Source: Candidatus Thorarchaeota archaeon
GTDB taxonomy: Archaea > Asgardarchaeota > Thorarchaeia > Thorarchaeales > Thorarchaeaceae
Direction of reading: 5' to 3'
Assembly: GCA_019057475.1 (NCBI GenBank)
Contig: DXJO01000041.1
Location: 32,001-96,000, forward strand
DNA: 64,000 nucleotides
The notes below the pieces were generated by a model that worked only from the letters and a program-made list of their open reading frames with translations, had not been told where the DNA came from and searched no databases. Position 1 is the first letter of the stretch; each line of letters begins with the position of its first letter. The position numbers were made by a program, and so were the translations under genes. Below, one piece after another: positions 31,489 through 40,960 of the stretch.

Positions 31489-31657
31489 TAACCATCCCAA
31501 ATGACTATGTCCTTTTGAAACCTATGGCGCGAGAGTGGCTGGAAACGTGACCAGGTTGGCTGGTTTCATCGTCACGTTTTTAAGCCAAACCCAGCGACAA
31601 GACGAAAGCGTCGAGGGCCCGGAGGCTCCGACTATTGTTCTGTGTTGGTGAAGACTG

Positions 31658-31918
31658 GTGAACGCAGGTAGACCTATGGAACTGCTCAAAGAATCAATTG
31701 GCGCTCAGGTGCTCGTTGAGATGAAGGGGCGTAAGAAGGTCAAGGGGAAATTGCTTGGTTATGACCAGCATCTGAACCTCATACTTGAGAACGCCGAAGA
31801 GATAACCTTCGACCCAGAAACCAATACGGAATCTGTTGTGGCTATCGAGAATGTGATTGTGAGAGGAGACAACGTCGTAATCGTTAGTCCGGCACCCAAG
31901 TCAGGTAAGAAGGAGTAG
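31658..31918 (+). CDS. Sm/Lsm protein (SmAP1)
   Basis: GKLLGYDQHLNLIL, IVRGDNV; upstream of rpl37e. Confidence 0.95.
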   Translation: MNAGRPMELLKESIGAQVLVEMKGRKKVKGKLLGYDQHLNLILENAEEITFDPETNTESVVAIENVIVRGDNVVIVSPAPKSGKKE

Positions 31919-31924
31919 ACTGCT

Positions 31925-32113
31925 ATGGGAAAGGGCACTCCAGCCAAAGGCAAGAAGAATAATCCCCACCACATTCGCTGCAGAAGATGCGGCAGACGAT
32001 CCTATCACGTCAGGCACAAGAAGTGCGCAGCCTGCGGCTATGGCGCCTCAGCCAGACTCCGGAAGTTCGCCTGGGCTCACAAGAACATTCAGGGCACTCG
32101 TATTCGGGGTTAA
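31925..32113 (+). CDS. rpl37e: Ribosomal protein eL37
   Basis: MGKGTP..GK, CRRCG, CAACGY. Confidence 0.96.
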   Translation: MGKGTPAKGKKNNPHHIRCRRCGRRSYHVRHKKCAACGYGASARLRKFAWAHKNIQGTRIRG

Positions 32114-32160
32114 AACCAGAGTCGGTAGGTCAGCGCCATCACATGCCATGTTTTCTTTTC

Positions 32161-32559
32161 CTACTCTATTTCGTCTATGAGGAAGTCACCGAGTGACACC
32201 ACGCCTCTCGCGAAATAGGGGATAAAGACACGGAAACGCCGGCCCATAATGGCCAGGACTAGGACCTGTCCAGCTTCGTATCTCTGTTCACCGTAGAACT
32301 GACCGTCCTCATCTGTCAGGACAGTTTCACTTGTAAGCTCGTCGGTGGCGAATATTCGAACCTCGACTCCAGCGGCTGGGGTGTAGTTGGACCAGTACAC
32401 GAAACCTTCGACATGGGCATTGTAGCCACTGTAGCCACCGATGAGCAGAGCTGGAGCCGGTGAATACTCGCTGTACATGACTGGAGCGTAGAACAATGGG
32501 CTCACTGTTATGACGATGGCCAGCAGCATCAGGAGGAATACAAGCCCGCGACTAGGCAG
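32161..32559 (-). CDS. Hypothetical secreted protein with carboxypeptidase-regulatory/transthyretin-like beta fold
   Basis: N-terminal hydrophobic helix; PAAGVEVRI...TDEDGQF; probable CTG start 7 nt after GGAGG. Confidence 0.6.
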   Translation of the reverse strand: MPSRGLVFLLMLLAIVITVSPLFYAPVMYSEYSPAPALLIGGYSGYNAHVEGFVYWSNYTPAAGVEVRIFATDELTSETVLTDEDGQFYGEQRYEAGQVLVLAIMGRRFRVFIPYFARGVVSLGDFLIDEIE

Positions 32560-32573
32560 TCTAGCCCTCCTGA

Positions 32574-32840
32574 CTACTCGTTTTTTTGGAGGCTGGCATG
32601 GAGGGGGTAAAGGCGGTCGACCATCTTGTCGATTATGGCAGTAGATATGACAATGCCAATACCTATAGTAATAGTGCCGATAGTGGAAACGCTAACCCAC
32701 TCGACACCAAGCCAGATGATGATGTCCGTGATAAGCGAGCCAATTCCCCACCAAATGATGATGAGGCCCGCCAGCATTACAAGTCGGAGGGCCAACTTCA
32801 CACGCCAGTATTCCGGGGTGTATGTGACTTCTTCACCCAT
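32574..32840 (-). CDS. Hypothetical 2-TM membrane protein
   Basis: Two hydrophobic helices; GAGGT before the ATG. Confidence 0.65.
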   Translation of the reverse strand: MGEEVTYTPEYWRVKLALRLVMLAGLIIIWWGIGSLITDIIIWLGVEWVSVSTIGTITIGIGIVISTAIIDKMVDRLYPLHASLQKNE

Positions 32841-33034
32841 CGATGTTACCTCAGGAATCACCTATGTTGTGCCGTGGTTTCTGACGAAAAAAGCCCGTCG
32901 TGGTTGTTAGGGCGATGTAAGCATATAAGTATGAAGAGATACTCGGATTCGTACTAGAACTACTTCCGGCCATCCACTAGGACAAGTGGGACAACTTGCA
33001 GGTGATTGACAAAATCACAAGTCACTCCACAATT

Positions 33035-33042
33035 CTTTTAAC
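33035..33042 (+). promoter_or_regulatory. Putative TATA box of tRNA-Ala
   Basis: CTTTTAAC about 33 nt upstream; similar TTTTTAA elements precede tRNA-Val(GAC) (~57460) and tRNA-Gly (~61774). Confidence 0.5.
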
Positions 33043-33073
33043 CGTTCTCTTGGGATTTGCGAACTAACAACAT

Positions 33074-33181
33074 GGGCCGGTAGTTCAGCCTGGACGCGAC
33101 TTCACTCGCGAAGCCGCGGGGACCTAGAATGCCTCCTTGGCATGGAGGAGGTCGTGAGTTCAAATCTCACCCGGTCCACCA
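33074..33181 (+). tRNA. tRNA-Ala(GGC) with ~31-nt D-loop intron (~33095-33125)
   Basis: GGGCCGG/CCGGTCC acceptor with G3:U70 Ala identity pair, CCTCC-TTGGCAT-GGAGG, GTGAG-TTCAAAT-CTCAC, CCA. Confidence 0.92.
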
Positions 33182-33187
33182 TTTCTT

Positions 33188-35896
33188 CTATTCCAATGAC
33201 CCCTCTTTCTGAAGTTGCCTTCTTACTCTCTCTACGTCATCAGGTCTTTCCGCTAGCCAACTCTTAACCTTGTCAGATTTCTTCGGGTCGTTGGGTGGAG
33301 CAAGTAATGCCCATCTAATTGCATCATCCTTGGACTTGGTCTTTGCCACCCATTTCAGTGAGATTCTACCAGTTCCTTCATACAATGTAATATTCTCTGC
33401 ATAGATATGTATCTCAATGCCCAATTGCTTTGCCAAAGTCGCTTCATCATCTAACAACTTGCTTCGTTTGGTTTCTACGATTGATAATGCAGTTCGAGCA
33501 ACTTCCGATTCGGATTGCTCCTCAATTCTTGAAATCGGTATGAAGATATGCCCTCTCACCTTATCCCTTCTTACATTTTCCATACCACTCAAAAAATCAA
33601 TCTCTTTCTGCATGAATCCGGGTTCCAGTTTATATTTCACATCGTTACTTCCAGAATTGAGTACAATAGTCCGACTCCATCTGAAACCGGCATAGTGTCC
33701 GAATGATCCGTCCTCTGAAATCAAGTCTTCCAAATATGCTCTACTGGATTCGAGAGTTCCATTCCTCACAGATTCTACAAGCCGTTCATTTTGAATGGGC
33801 TTATCACCAACTGTAAATCCCCAGTAAATGAAAGCCTTGCCCACTGGTCGTGGGAGCAACATTTTGGAACATTCACTCGCTTCATTTGGCACCTGGGTAA
33901 ATGATATGTTTCCGAAGCATTGAAACTGCTTCTCTACTATTCTTATTCTATCAGCATTAGCCTCAGTGTATTGTAGCTGACCATCTGCTCCAAGCCAACA
34001 ATCGCTATTGACAACTGCACCTAACCGAGCTCGCAGAATCTCCAGTTCTTTTCCTCTGAGAAGTTTTGGATGAGGAATTCCACCGCGCCCGTTCTTCCCT
34101 GTGACCTTCTCAATCCCATCCTCAAAATCCCGTGGCGAAGCTCCCAAAATGTTGCATTGTAGATGCAAGACCTCTCCCATTGCACGTGATTGACCGCTCT
34201 TTATCCTAATCTGACTCGCGGAATCATCTGACACCATCTGCCGAATCAGTTTATTGAGATGTTGTAGTCTGGAGTAACTACCCTCATCTAGTTTGAGTCT
34301 ATCTCCAACTCTTTCTACTATGCTCGCAAGGTCTTGGCTTTTGAAGTGGAAGTAATGGTCAGCCCATACATTGATGAGATCATCGGATGTCTTGTTTGGA
34401 GTCCAGACGTAAATTCTGTTGTCCACCACACCCAACCGAATGTTTCGGTCAGATTCACTCAACCCTAGACGGTCCTGCAAAGCCGCTTCAACCTCTGTGT
34501 GGTTGGCTTCTAGAGCTTCTTTGAAGTGCGTCAATCTATCCTTGTTCAATCCCCCGGAGTTGAGTTCCAGATATGACACCTTGACCTTGGTGTCGATTGA
34601 CTCTCTATGCAGTTCCTCAGCAACATCAGTTAGTGTCTTGAGGGAATCTGATTCATTGTCACATCTCGATAGAGCTTCAAGTAGTTTGGTTAATCTAATT
34701 TCATGAACAGTTCTACTTGATAACCCCGGAAATTCTACATGTCCAATATCTCTCACAACCGCTCGCCTTTCTCTCTGTAGGTAGTCATTCAACCTTTCAT
34801 GCGCCCATTCTTTCACGATACGGTCTTCTTCGAGCCTTCGAAGAGTAGCGACGGATTCCGGTTCCTTCCCCGACCTATAATCACTGATCCGTTGTTGAAT
34901 CACTTCATGAGTCTTAGCCAGCTGTTGCTGCGTCTTTGACTTGCTATCCTTGACATCCAAATAGACACCAGCTCGCCTATAGGACTCCTGGGAATTTTTC
35001 CATCCTCGTAGATGCGGATATGTTTCCAGCAATCTGTCAATGTCGGTCATTGTTTCTATTCTGACTTCTGGGGAATGACCAACATCTCTTTCATATGCAA
35101 GATGCAACTCCTTCTTCTCAATGAATGATAGAAGCTTTGGAGTATGTCTTCGACTGCTTTCGTCTGATTCAAAATACTGTCTTATCCTGCTATACTCCTT
35201 CTCGAAGTTCTCCCTATAGCGAAATTCTGGGTATCTCTTGAGCGCTCGGTCAAAATCGTCTATTGAACGAATTACCCTGACTTGTCCGACATCTTTCTCT
35301 CTCTTGGTCATCTTGGATTCAGGTCGTCCCGTTCTCAGCCTGTGATGTTGCTGTTCCTTTGAATCCTTCCGAGTTTCCGACGCCTTTTTGTCTTCCTTGG
35401 CGTCTGTACCTGAAGACCGAAACCGCTTTTCCTGTGCGGACTCAACGCTAGAGGCTGACTCTCGCTTGGTTTTCTTGGTCGGTTTGCTTTGCTCCTCTCG
35501 TTCTTGGGAATCCTTGGTTTTTTCTTCCGAGCTATCAGCACTCCTGCGAGCAACTGAGAATCTGAAGGCTTCAGCAATGGTTCTTAGCAAGTCCCTCCCC
35601 GAGTCCTTCACTTCGGAAGTAGAAAACCGGCTTGGACGTTTTCTATTTCCGTTGGGAAACATATGCTTCCACTCACGTTCAACCCACTCATCGAACTTCT
35701 TCCTGTCGACCAAGCACGCATCTGACACGACAGGCTTGTGGTCTTTGGGAAGGTCACCGTGAAGGTGCTCCTTCTCTCTCTTCTTCAGTTTCTGTTTTCT
35801 TTGGAACTCCTGAGCAGCTTCTGTCAGTTTAGATGCTAGCTCCCTCCTAAGCCGCGCCTTGGTCTTTGATTCAATCCCTTTGAATCGGGATCCCAC
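33188..35896 (-). CDS. 902-aa protein: charged N-terminus, internal repeat, Cro/XRE-like HTH, C-terminal tandem LAGLIDADG-like domain
   Basis: TQQQLAKTHEVIQQRISDYRSGK (HTH); LGAVVNSDCWL and YLEDLISEDGSF (two LAGLIDADG-like helices ~95 aa apart). Confidence 0.6.
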   Translation of the reverse strand: MGSRFKGIESKTKARLRRELASKLTEAAQEFQRKQKLKKREKEHLHGDLPKDHKPVVSDACLVDRKKFDEWVEREWKHMFPNGNRKRPSRFSTSEVKDSGRDLLRTIAEAFRFSVARRSADSSEEKTKDSQEREEQSKPTKKTKRESASSVESAQEKRFRSSGTDAKEDKKASETRKDSKEQQHHRLRTGRPESKMTKREKDVGQVRVIRSIDDFDRALKRYPEFRYRENFEKEYSRIRQYFESDESSRRHTPKLLSFIEKKELHLAYERDVGHSPEVRIETMTDIDRLLETYPHLRGWKNSQESYRRAGVYLDVKDSKSKTQQQLAKTHEVIQQRISDYRSGKEPESVATLRRLEEDRIVKEWAHERLNDYLQRERRAVVRDIGHVEFPGLSSRTVHEIRLTKLLEALSRCDNESDSLKTLTDVAEELHRESIDTKVKVSYLELNSGGLNKDRLTHFKEALEANHTEVEAALQDRLGLSESDRNIRLGVVDNRIYVWTPNKTSDDLINVWADHYFHFKSQDLASIVERVGDRLKLDEGSYSRLQHLNKLIRQMVSDDSASQIRIKSGQSRAMGEVLHLQCNILGASPRDFEDGIEKVTGKNGRGGIPHPKLLRGKELEILRARLGAVVNSDCWLGADGQLQYTEANADRIRIVEKQFQCFGNISFTQVPNEASECSKMLLPRPVGKAFIYWGFTVGDKPIQNERLVESVRNGTLESSRAYLEDLISEDGSFGHYAGFRWSRTIVLNSGSNDVKYKLEPGFMQKEIDFLSGMENVRRDKVRGHIFIPISRIEEQSESEVARTALSIVETKRSKLLDDEATLAKQLGIEIHIYAENITLYEGTGRISLKWVAKTKSKDDAIRWALLAPPNDPKKSDKVKSWLAERPDDVERVRRQLQKEGSLE

Positions 35897-38455
35897 TCAA
35901 ACCCCTCCGCTCTCGGGCAGAGTCAAGCCCGATTGCAAGTTATCACCCACTAGCTTGGCCACCAAGTCACGGTCCGGCGGATTGGAGGGTGCTCCAAGGA
36001 TCTCAACTGAACGTTTCAGGAGAACCCAAGCGAACTCAATCGGGCTCAGGTTGGGAACCTGAAGGCTGGCCGCGTAGAATGCAATCACCTCTTCGACTCG
36101 GTGTGCTGTATCGTCCTGGCCCTTGACGCCTATTGATGCGAGGTACAGTCTGCGAAAATCATCATCCTGAACCACATCTTCAACCAGAAGTGCTAGTTGG
36201 ACTATGTCATCGCCGTTGGTTCTAGGCTCAAGTTGCGGCGCTCTTGGTGTTGCTGCAAAATCTGGATGTGTATCATAGAAGGGCTTCATTCTTCTTCTCA
36301 CATCATCATCTGTCCAATTGTGTTTCATGTCCGGATGAAACTCAGGGTCATAGAACACCTTTACCTTGGTCGGAACATCGTCAGAAGGCAAACGTAGAAC
36401 AATTTCCCCATTCTTCAGAACGCCTATGTGCCTTGCCTGCTCCGGCGTACAGCCTGTTTCCAGACCAAGCAAGTTCCAATCCTCTGGACTCGTTAAACGA
36501 TGTACAATCTTCGTATTGCAGGTCTTGAGAGCATCACGCGATAGACGCGCGGGGTTCTGGTCAGCTATCACAAGCCCGAGTCCAGAACTTCTAGCTTCTG
36601 CAAGCAGGTTCAGCAGCTGGTCCAGAACTTGTCTTCTTGAAACTGCGCCCTCGCTCATGTCGGCAATTCTGGGCAGTTCCTCAAGGAAACTATGCGCCTC
36701 ATCAATCACAAGCAGATTGCGGAGCTTTTTCGCCGGACCAAGCTTGTCAAAGAATTCGTAAACACGGATGATAAGAAGACTAAGCATAAGGGCCTTGAAG
36801 CTAGGGTCACCAATGTGCTTCAGCTCAATGATAGTTGGCTTTGAGAGCAGCTCATCGATTGGTAAGTTCCTTTCAGCGTTGAGAATTGCCGCACGCGATT
36901 GGTCACAGAGATCCTGAGCTCTTGCTACAATAGCGCCTTCGAAGTCTTTCTTGAGTTCCGCACCATATCTGAGATTTCGTGAGTAGGTTTCTGCTTCCTC
37001 TAAAAACATGTCCAGCGTGATGGGTTTTCCTGGACTGTTGTTGAGCAAATCCCATCCATTATGCTTGTACGTCCGATTTATCACCTTGCGTAAATGATTG
37101 GCGAGAATACCGTAAAGTGGCCATGCAGCCAAGAAACATGAATAGAGCAAGTCAATGTGAAGTTGAACTGGCACATTCACGTCAATCAGGAACGGATTAT
37201 GGCGGTAGGGAGCCACATCCTCCCGGCCCACCGTGAAGACGCGCATCTCAGGAATGGCACCCATGAGAATGCGTGCATCGGTTTTCACCGGCTCAATCAA
37301 CAGACTAGGAATTCCGTTCCTCCATGCGTCGATGACAATCCTGTTCTTTGTAGTGCTCTTTCCTGACCCTGACATTCCTACGATGGCCGTGTGGAGTCTA
37401 AGTTGCTCCATCTCAATGAGTTTCGTTCGTGACTTGTCAACAGTGTTGTGTCGGAATACATGACCGAGAGCGATACGACCAGTTTGGAATTCTAGGATCT
37501 CTGATGTCGATTGTGTTGCTTTGGCGCCAGATGTTGAAAATGATGCTGGGCTGCCTACTCTTGTCCCAACTTCGACACTGGGGACCTCAACCAATGAAAC
37601 CGCTTCTTCCGGCAGCAGTTCAGTTGTCATCCTCCTCCTTTCTAGCATGAGCGTCTTTCGAATCACGTTTCGGGCAATCTTACCTGAGAGAAACCTAACC
37701 TTCATCCTGGCGTTTCTGTGGCTGGATGAGAGTGCTGCAAGCAATGCATTCACAGCAGTTCTCAGCTTCTCTTCCGAATCCGGTCGATCCCAGAATGCCA
37801 ATGTGATTTGACATTTCAGAACGCGATTCGAGATTGACCTCCCATAGTTTCTCTCAAGATGTTTGAGGTTCATCTTGGCGTTTACATCAGCTTGTGTCGC
37901 AGTTTCTTGACCCCCCAGCCAAGTCTGAGTCGTTTTTTGCCTTTGGAGGCCCTCCAAAGCAGACCTGTAGCGCTTCTTTGCAAGAATTCGCCTAGCCCTA
38001 CTTGGCCTCGCAGGAACCATCCAGACTTGGTATAATGAATTACCTTCGAAGTTGACCATAATCTCTGTCATTGCCTGCAATGCTTGGACAGCCGGCTGGG
38101 GAACTCCGGTCAATAACGCAGCATTTGCTTGTCCAGCCACCAAAGGGCACCCAACTTCGGATAAGGACTGAACCACGAACTCAGGGAAGTGCGCTGCAAA
38201 GCTCTCCTTGATGACCTCCATATTCGACCTACTACCTCTTGTAACGTAGAGCAATCGAGCATTCCCTCCTGACCCTTGAATCCTGAATCCAGTTGGGACA
38301 TCCGTGTGTGAAAGAGAACTTAGGAATCTCTCAAGCTTGACATGCGTCGGACTGGAAGCCTTTTTCTCAAGATGCTTCATGGCATGCTCGAAGTAGGACC
38401 TAGGAATCTCAGTAATCTCGATTGCATACACTTGGTTCCTGTGGTTCTTTTCCAA
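35897..38455 (-). CDS. HerA/FtsK/VirB4-superfamily ATPase with ~330-aa N-terminal extension
   Basis: HTAIVGMSGSGKST (Walker A), LLVIDEAH (Walker B), EARSSG..LVIADQNP. Confidence 0.85.
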   Translation of the reverse strand: MEKNHRNQVYAIEITEIPRSYFEHAMKHLEKKASSPTHVKLERFLSSLSHTDVPTGFRIQGSGGNARLLYVTRGSRSNMEVIKESFAAHFPEFVVQSLSEVGCPLVAGQANAALLTGVPQPAVQALQAMTEIMVNFEGNSLYQVWMVPARPSRARRILAKKRYRSALEGLQRQKTTQTWLGGQETATQADVNAKMNLKHLERNYGRSISNRVLKCQITLAFWDRPDSEEKLRTAVNALLAALSSSHRNARMKVRFLSGKIARNVIRKTLMLERRRMTTELLPEEAVSLVEVPSVEVGTRVGSPASFSTSGAKATQSTSEILEFQTGRIALGHVFRHNTVDKSRTKLIEMEQLRLHTAIVGMSGSGKSTTKNRIVIDAWRNGIPSLLIEPVKTDARILMGAIPEMRVFTVGREDVAPYRHNPFLIDVNVPVQLHIDLLYSCFLAAWPLYGILANHLRKVINRTYKHNGWDLLNNSPGKPITLDMFLEEAETYSRNLRYGAELKKDFEGAIVARAQDLCDQSRAAILNAERNLPIDELLSKPTIIELKHIGDPSFKALMLSLLIIRVYEFFDKLGPAKKLRNLLVIDEAHSFLEELPRIADMSEGAVSRRQVLDQLLNLLAEARSSGLGLVIADQNPARLSRDALKTCNTKIVHRLTSPEDWNLLGLETGCTPEQARHIGVLKNGEIVLRLPSDDVPTKVKVFYDPEFHPDMKHNWTDDDVRRRMKPFYDTHPDFAATPRAPQLEPRTNGDDIVQLALLVEDVVQDDDFRRLYLASIGVKGQDDTAHRVEEVIAFYAASLQVPNLSPIEFAWVLLKRSVEILGAPSNPPDRDLVAKLVGDNLQSGLTLPESGGV

Positions 38456-38704
38456 GATGGTCTACCGTAGGTTGGTCTGGAGCTGGCCTAAAGAACACCA
38501 CAAAAGGTGACTTGAACGTGCAGGCACGAGAGATGTTCTGGCCTATCCGTGAGTAGTATCAATCCTGCTCATAAGCCCCTGAAAGGGACATCTACCAGTC
38601 TGAGTTATTTACGAGTCGAACCTGACGAGTTCCTCTAGTTCGCCCAGACCATCGAACTCGGAATGAGTTATATCAACCTACAATAGAAATGGAAGGGAGT
38701 AAAA

Positions 38705-39280
38705 ATGGAAGATATCCAATGGGTAGTCAAGCATAGGGATGAGATAAACAACTGGTACTCCGACCTTGGCGTATTTGGGGATGACGCACTCTATGAAGAT
38801 GGAGATAGTAAAGCCTACTATGAAAGCTATGTTGTCAATTATGTAGCAGCGAATGCAGAGAAATTCACAGGAAAGCCGCCCAATCATATCTGGCATGAGT
38901 TGGATGTGCACGATTTCAGATTGAAAGAAATTGAAACAGATCCTAATGTAAAACCCTGGTGGAAGGGTCGTGTTAAACCAGATTTGTTATTGCAGTTTGA
39001 CGATGCGATTTGGGTGATCGAGGTCAAATTCGGTTTCAAAAGCCCTAATCTCGAAGCAGTCCCGACGATGAAGGGTCCGAAGTCCTGCATCGATCAAGTC
39101 AGTATCTACGTAAAGAGGCTTGAAAATATGATGACTCTGGGATGGTTTCCAAACATGGAGATTCATCCGGTTGTAGTCTGGGCTTTTTGGGAAAAACGAG
39201 TACGCCCGTCCGAGATGTACATGGACGCAATCCGGTCAGAGTGGCCCTATTTGCGAGAAGACCCGTATCCGAAACCATAG
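38705..39280 (+). CDS. PD-(D/E)XK-superfamily nuclease
   Basis: KPDLL...VIEVK...QVSIY. Confidence 0.7.
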   Translation: MEDIQWVVKHRDEINNWYSDLGVFGDDALYEDGDSKAYYESYVVNYVAANAEKFTGKPPNHIWHELDVHDFRLKEIETDPNVKPWWKGRVKPDLLLQFDDAIWVIEVKFGFKSPNLEAVPTMKGPKSCIDQVSIYVKRLENMMTLGWFPNMEIHPVVVWAFWEKRVRPSEMYMDAIRSEWPYLREDPYPKP

Positions 39281-39470
39281 AAGGAGGCCACTTGCCCCTA
39301 TGACTGCGGGAATCGAAGTCATAACAGGGTTGATCTACCGGCCCATGTTGTTGGTTCGCAATTCTTGATGGAACGGCTAAAAGAATTGTGAAGTGAAGCG
39401 AGGACCTTGGTCATCGAAACTTAAGGAATCTATCTTTGATGGTTTTAGCTGCTCAATTATGCCTTGGCTT

Positions 39471-40899
39471 CTAGTTGATTTGCTTCTCAATGTGATTTAG
39501 GAATTTAATCAGATTGTTGAGATTCTTTCTGATGTCTAGCAATGAATCCCTATCTGTGAAACTTCCCAAGTGATGAACATCAACGTTGAAATCATTCTTC
39601 AGTTTCTCCAAATCAGCCTTTAGCTTGTCTGTTTTCTTTCTATTTGTAGTGGGAGAAAATTTGATAATCTCGTCAGGGAATGCTATCCAGAAATTGGTAA
39701 GAAGCTCACTAAAGGACTTCGATCTATATTCACCTCGTCGGTCTTTGTATAGGTAAAGGCCGGAATCGTTCTTCCCGAACTTTCGCTGCAGTATCGATAT
39801 CACAAGATTCTCTAGAAGTTTCCGTGATAGAAAAGCCGTGCAGACATAGCATCCAGCACTAAAGGCATTGTTAATCTCCTCTACGAGGTCGTACATCAAT
39901 CCTCCAAAGTCAAGAGGGTTGATATAGAAGAATGTCTGTTTTCGGGATACTGACTCCTTTTCATAAGTGGATTCTTGCACTAATGTGTCAACAAACTTAA
40001 TGTTCCCGAGAAAACGCTGAACCCATTTTGGCATTGGCCTGAAAGATGCATATTTAGCTGATGCCTGTAGCATCACATCGTTATCGATTGAAAGAAGTTG
40101 AAAGTTATCGCAATGAAATAAGGGAGTGATGTCTATCTCCTGAAGCTGGTTATGATTCAGTTTCAATTCTCTCATGAGTTTGCAATTCGCTAAAGGCGAC
40201 AGGTCTATCTTCCGAAGTCGATTGGATGAGAAATCTAGCTTCTCGAGTGAGTGTAATCCTGAAAGCGGTTCGAGTTCAATCGATTCCAACTTATTTGCTG
40301 AACATGATAACGTTCTCAATGTTTTGATATGCCTTAATGGAACAAGGTCAATTATCTTAAGGGAATTGCGTCCAATATTTAGATTCATCAATCTCCTAAG
40401 CTTCGAGAGAGGCTCTAAGTTGACTGTTTCTAATTGATTATTATAGAAATAAAGTGATTCTAGATGAGGTATGTTTCCAAGTGAGTTGAAATCTAAATCA
40501 GTCAGCATATTCTGAATCATATTTATGGTTTTCAGATTAGGATGACCTGCAAGTCCGGATAGATCAATTGCAGTGAGCTTATTCTCAGTGAGATCAAGCG
40601 ATTCAAGCCGATCACATCCATTCAATGAATCCAACTTTGCATCCTTGATTCGATTAAATGAGATATTGAGATGTTCTAACCGTTTGCATTGTTCTATGCC
40701 GTGAAGATAGAGATATTCTAAATAATTGCCACCGAGGTCTATGCTTTTTTAAAAAGCGGAAATTCGAGAAATGATTAAATTCGATTGCTGTGATTTTCAT
40801 CCCCCTTAGAGATATGTATTCCGCACTCTCATCAAACTCTTTAGATTCCTGTTCACCTGAGCTTGTCCGGAAATATACTTTCCACCTAATTACGATCAC
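39471..40899 (-). pseudogene. Leucine-rich repeat protein with C-terminal HEPN/DUF4145-like domain, split by a frameshift near 40745-40755
   Basis: LRR register LxxLxLxxNxLxxIDLxPL continues across ORFs 40654..40899 and 39471..40634 if one A is removed from T5A6G; C-term EINNAFSAGCYVCTAFLSRKLLE...FNVDVH. Confidence 0.75.
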
Positions 40900-40960
40900 T
40901 CCCTATGTTCCCGTAGAATACACTCTATCAACCCTAGTTGTAACTCAGAGGTCATTTTTA

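Noticed and set aside
38626-38660. Possible eighth tRNA-end copy (CGAGTTC...TCGCCCAGACCATC) with inverted repeat CGAGTTC/GAACTCG; weaker candidate near 39327-39347
   Set aside because: Needs gaps and several mismatches; cannot be told from chance without an HMM search.
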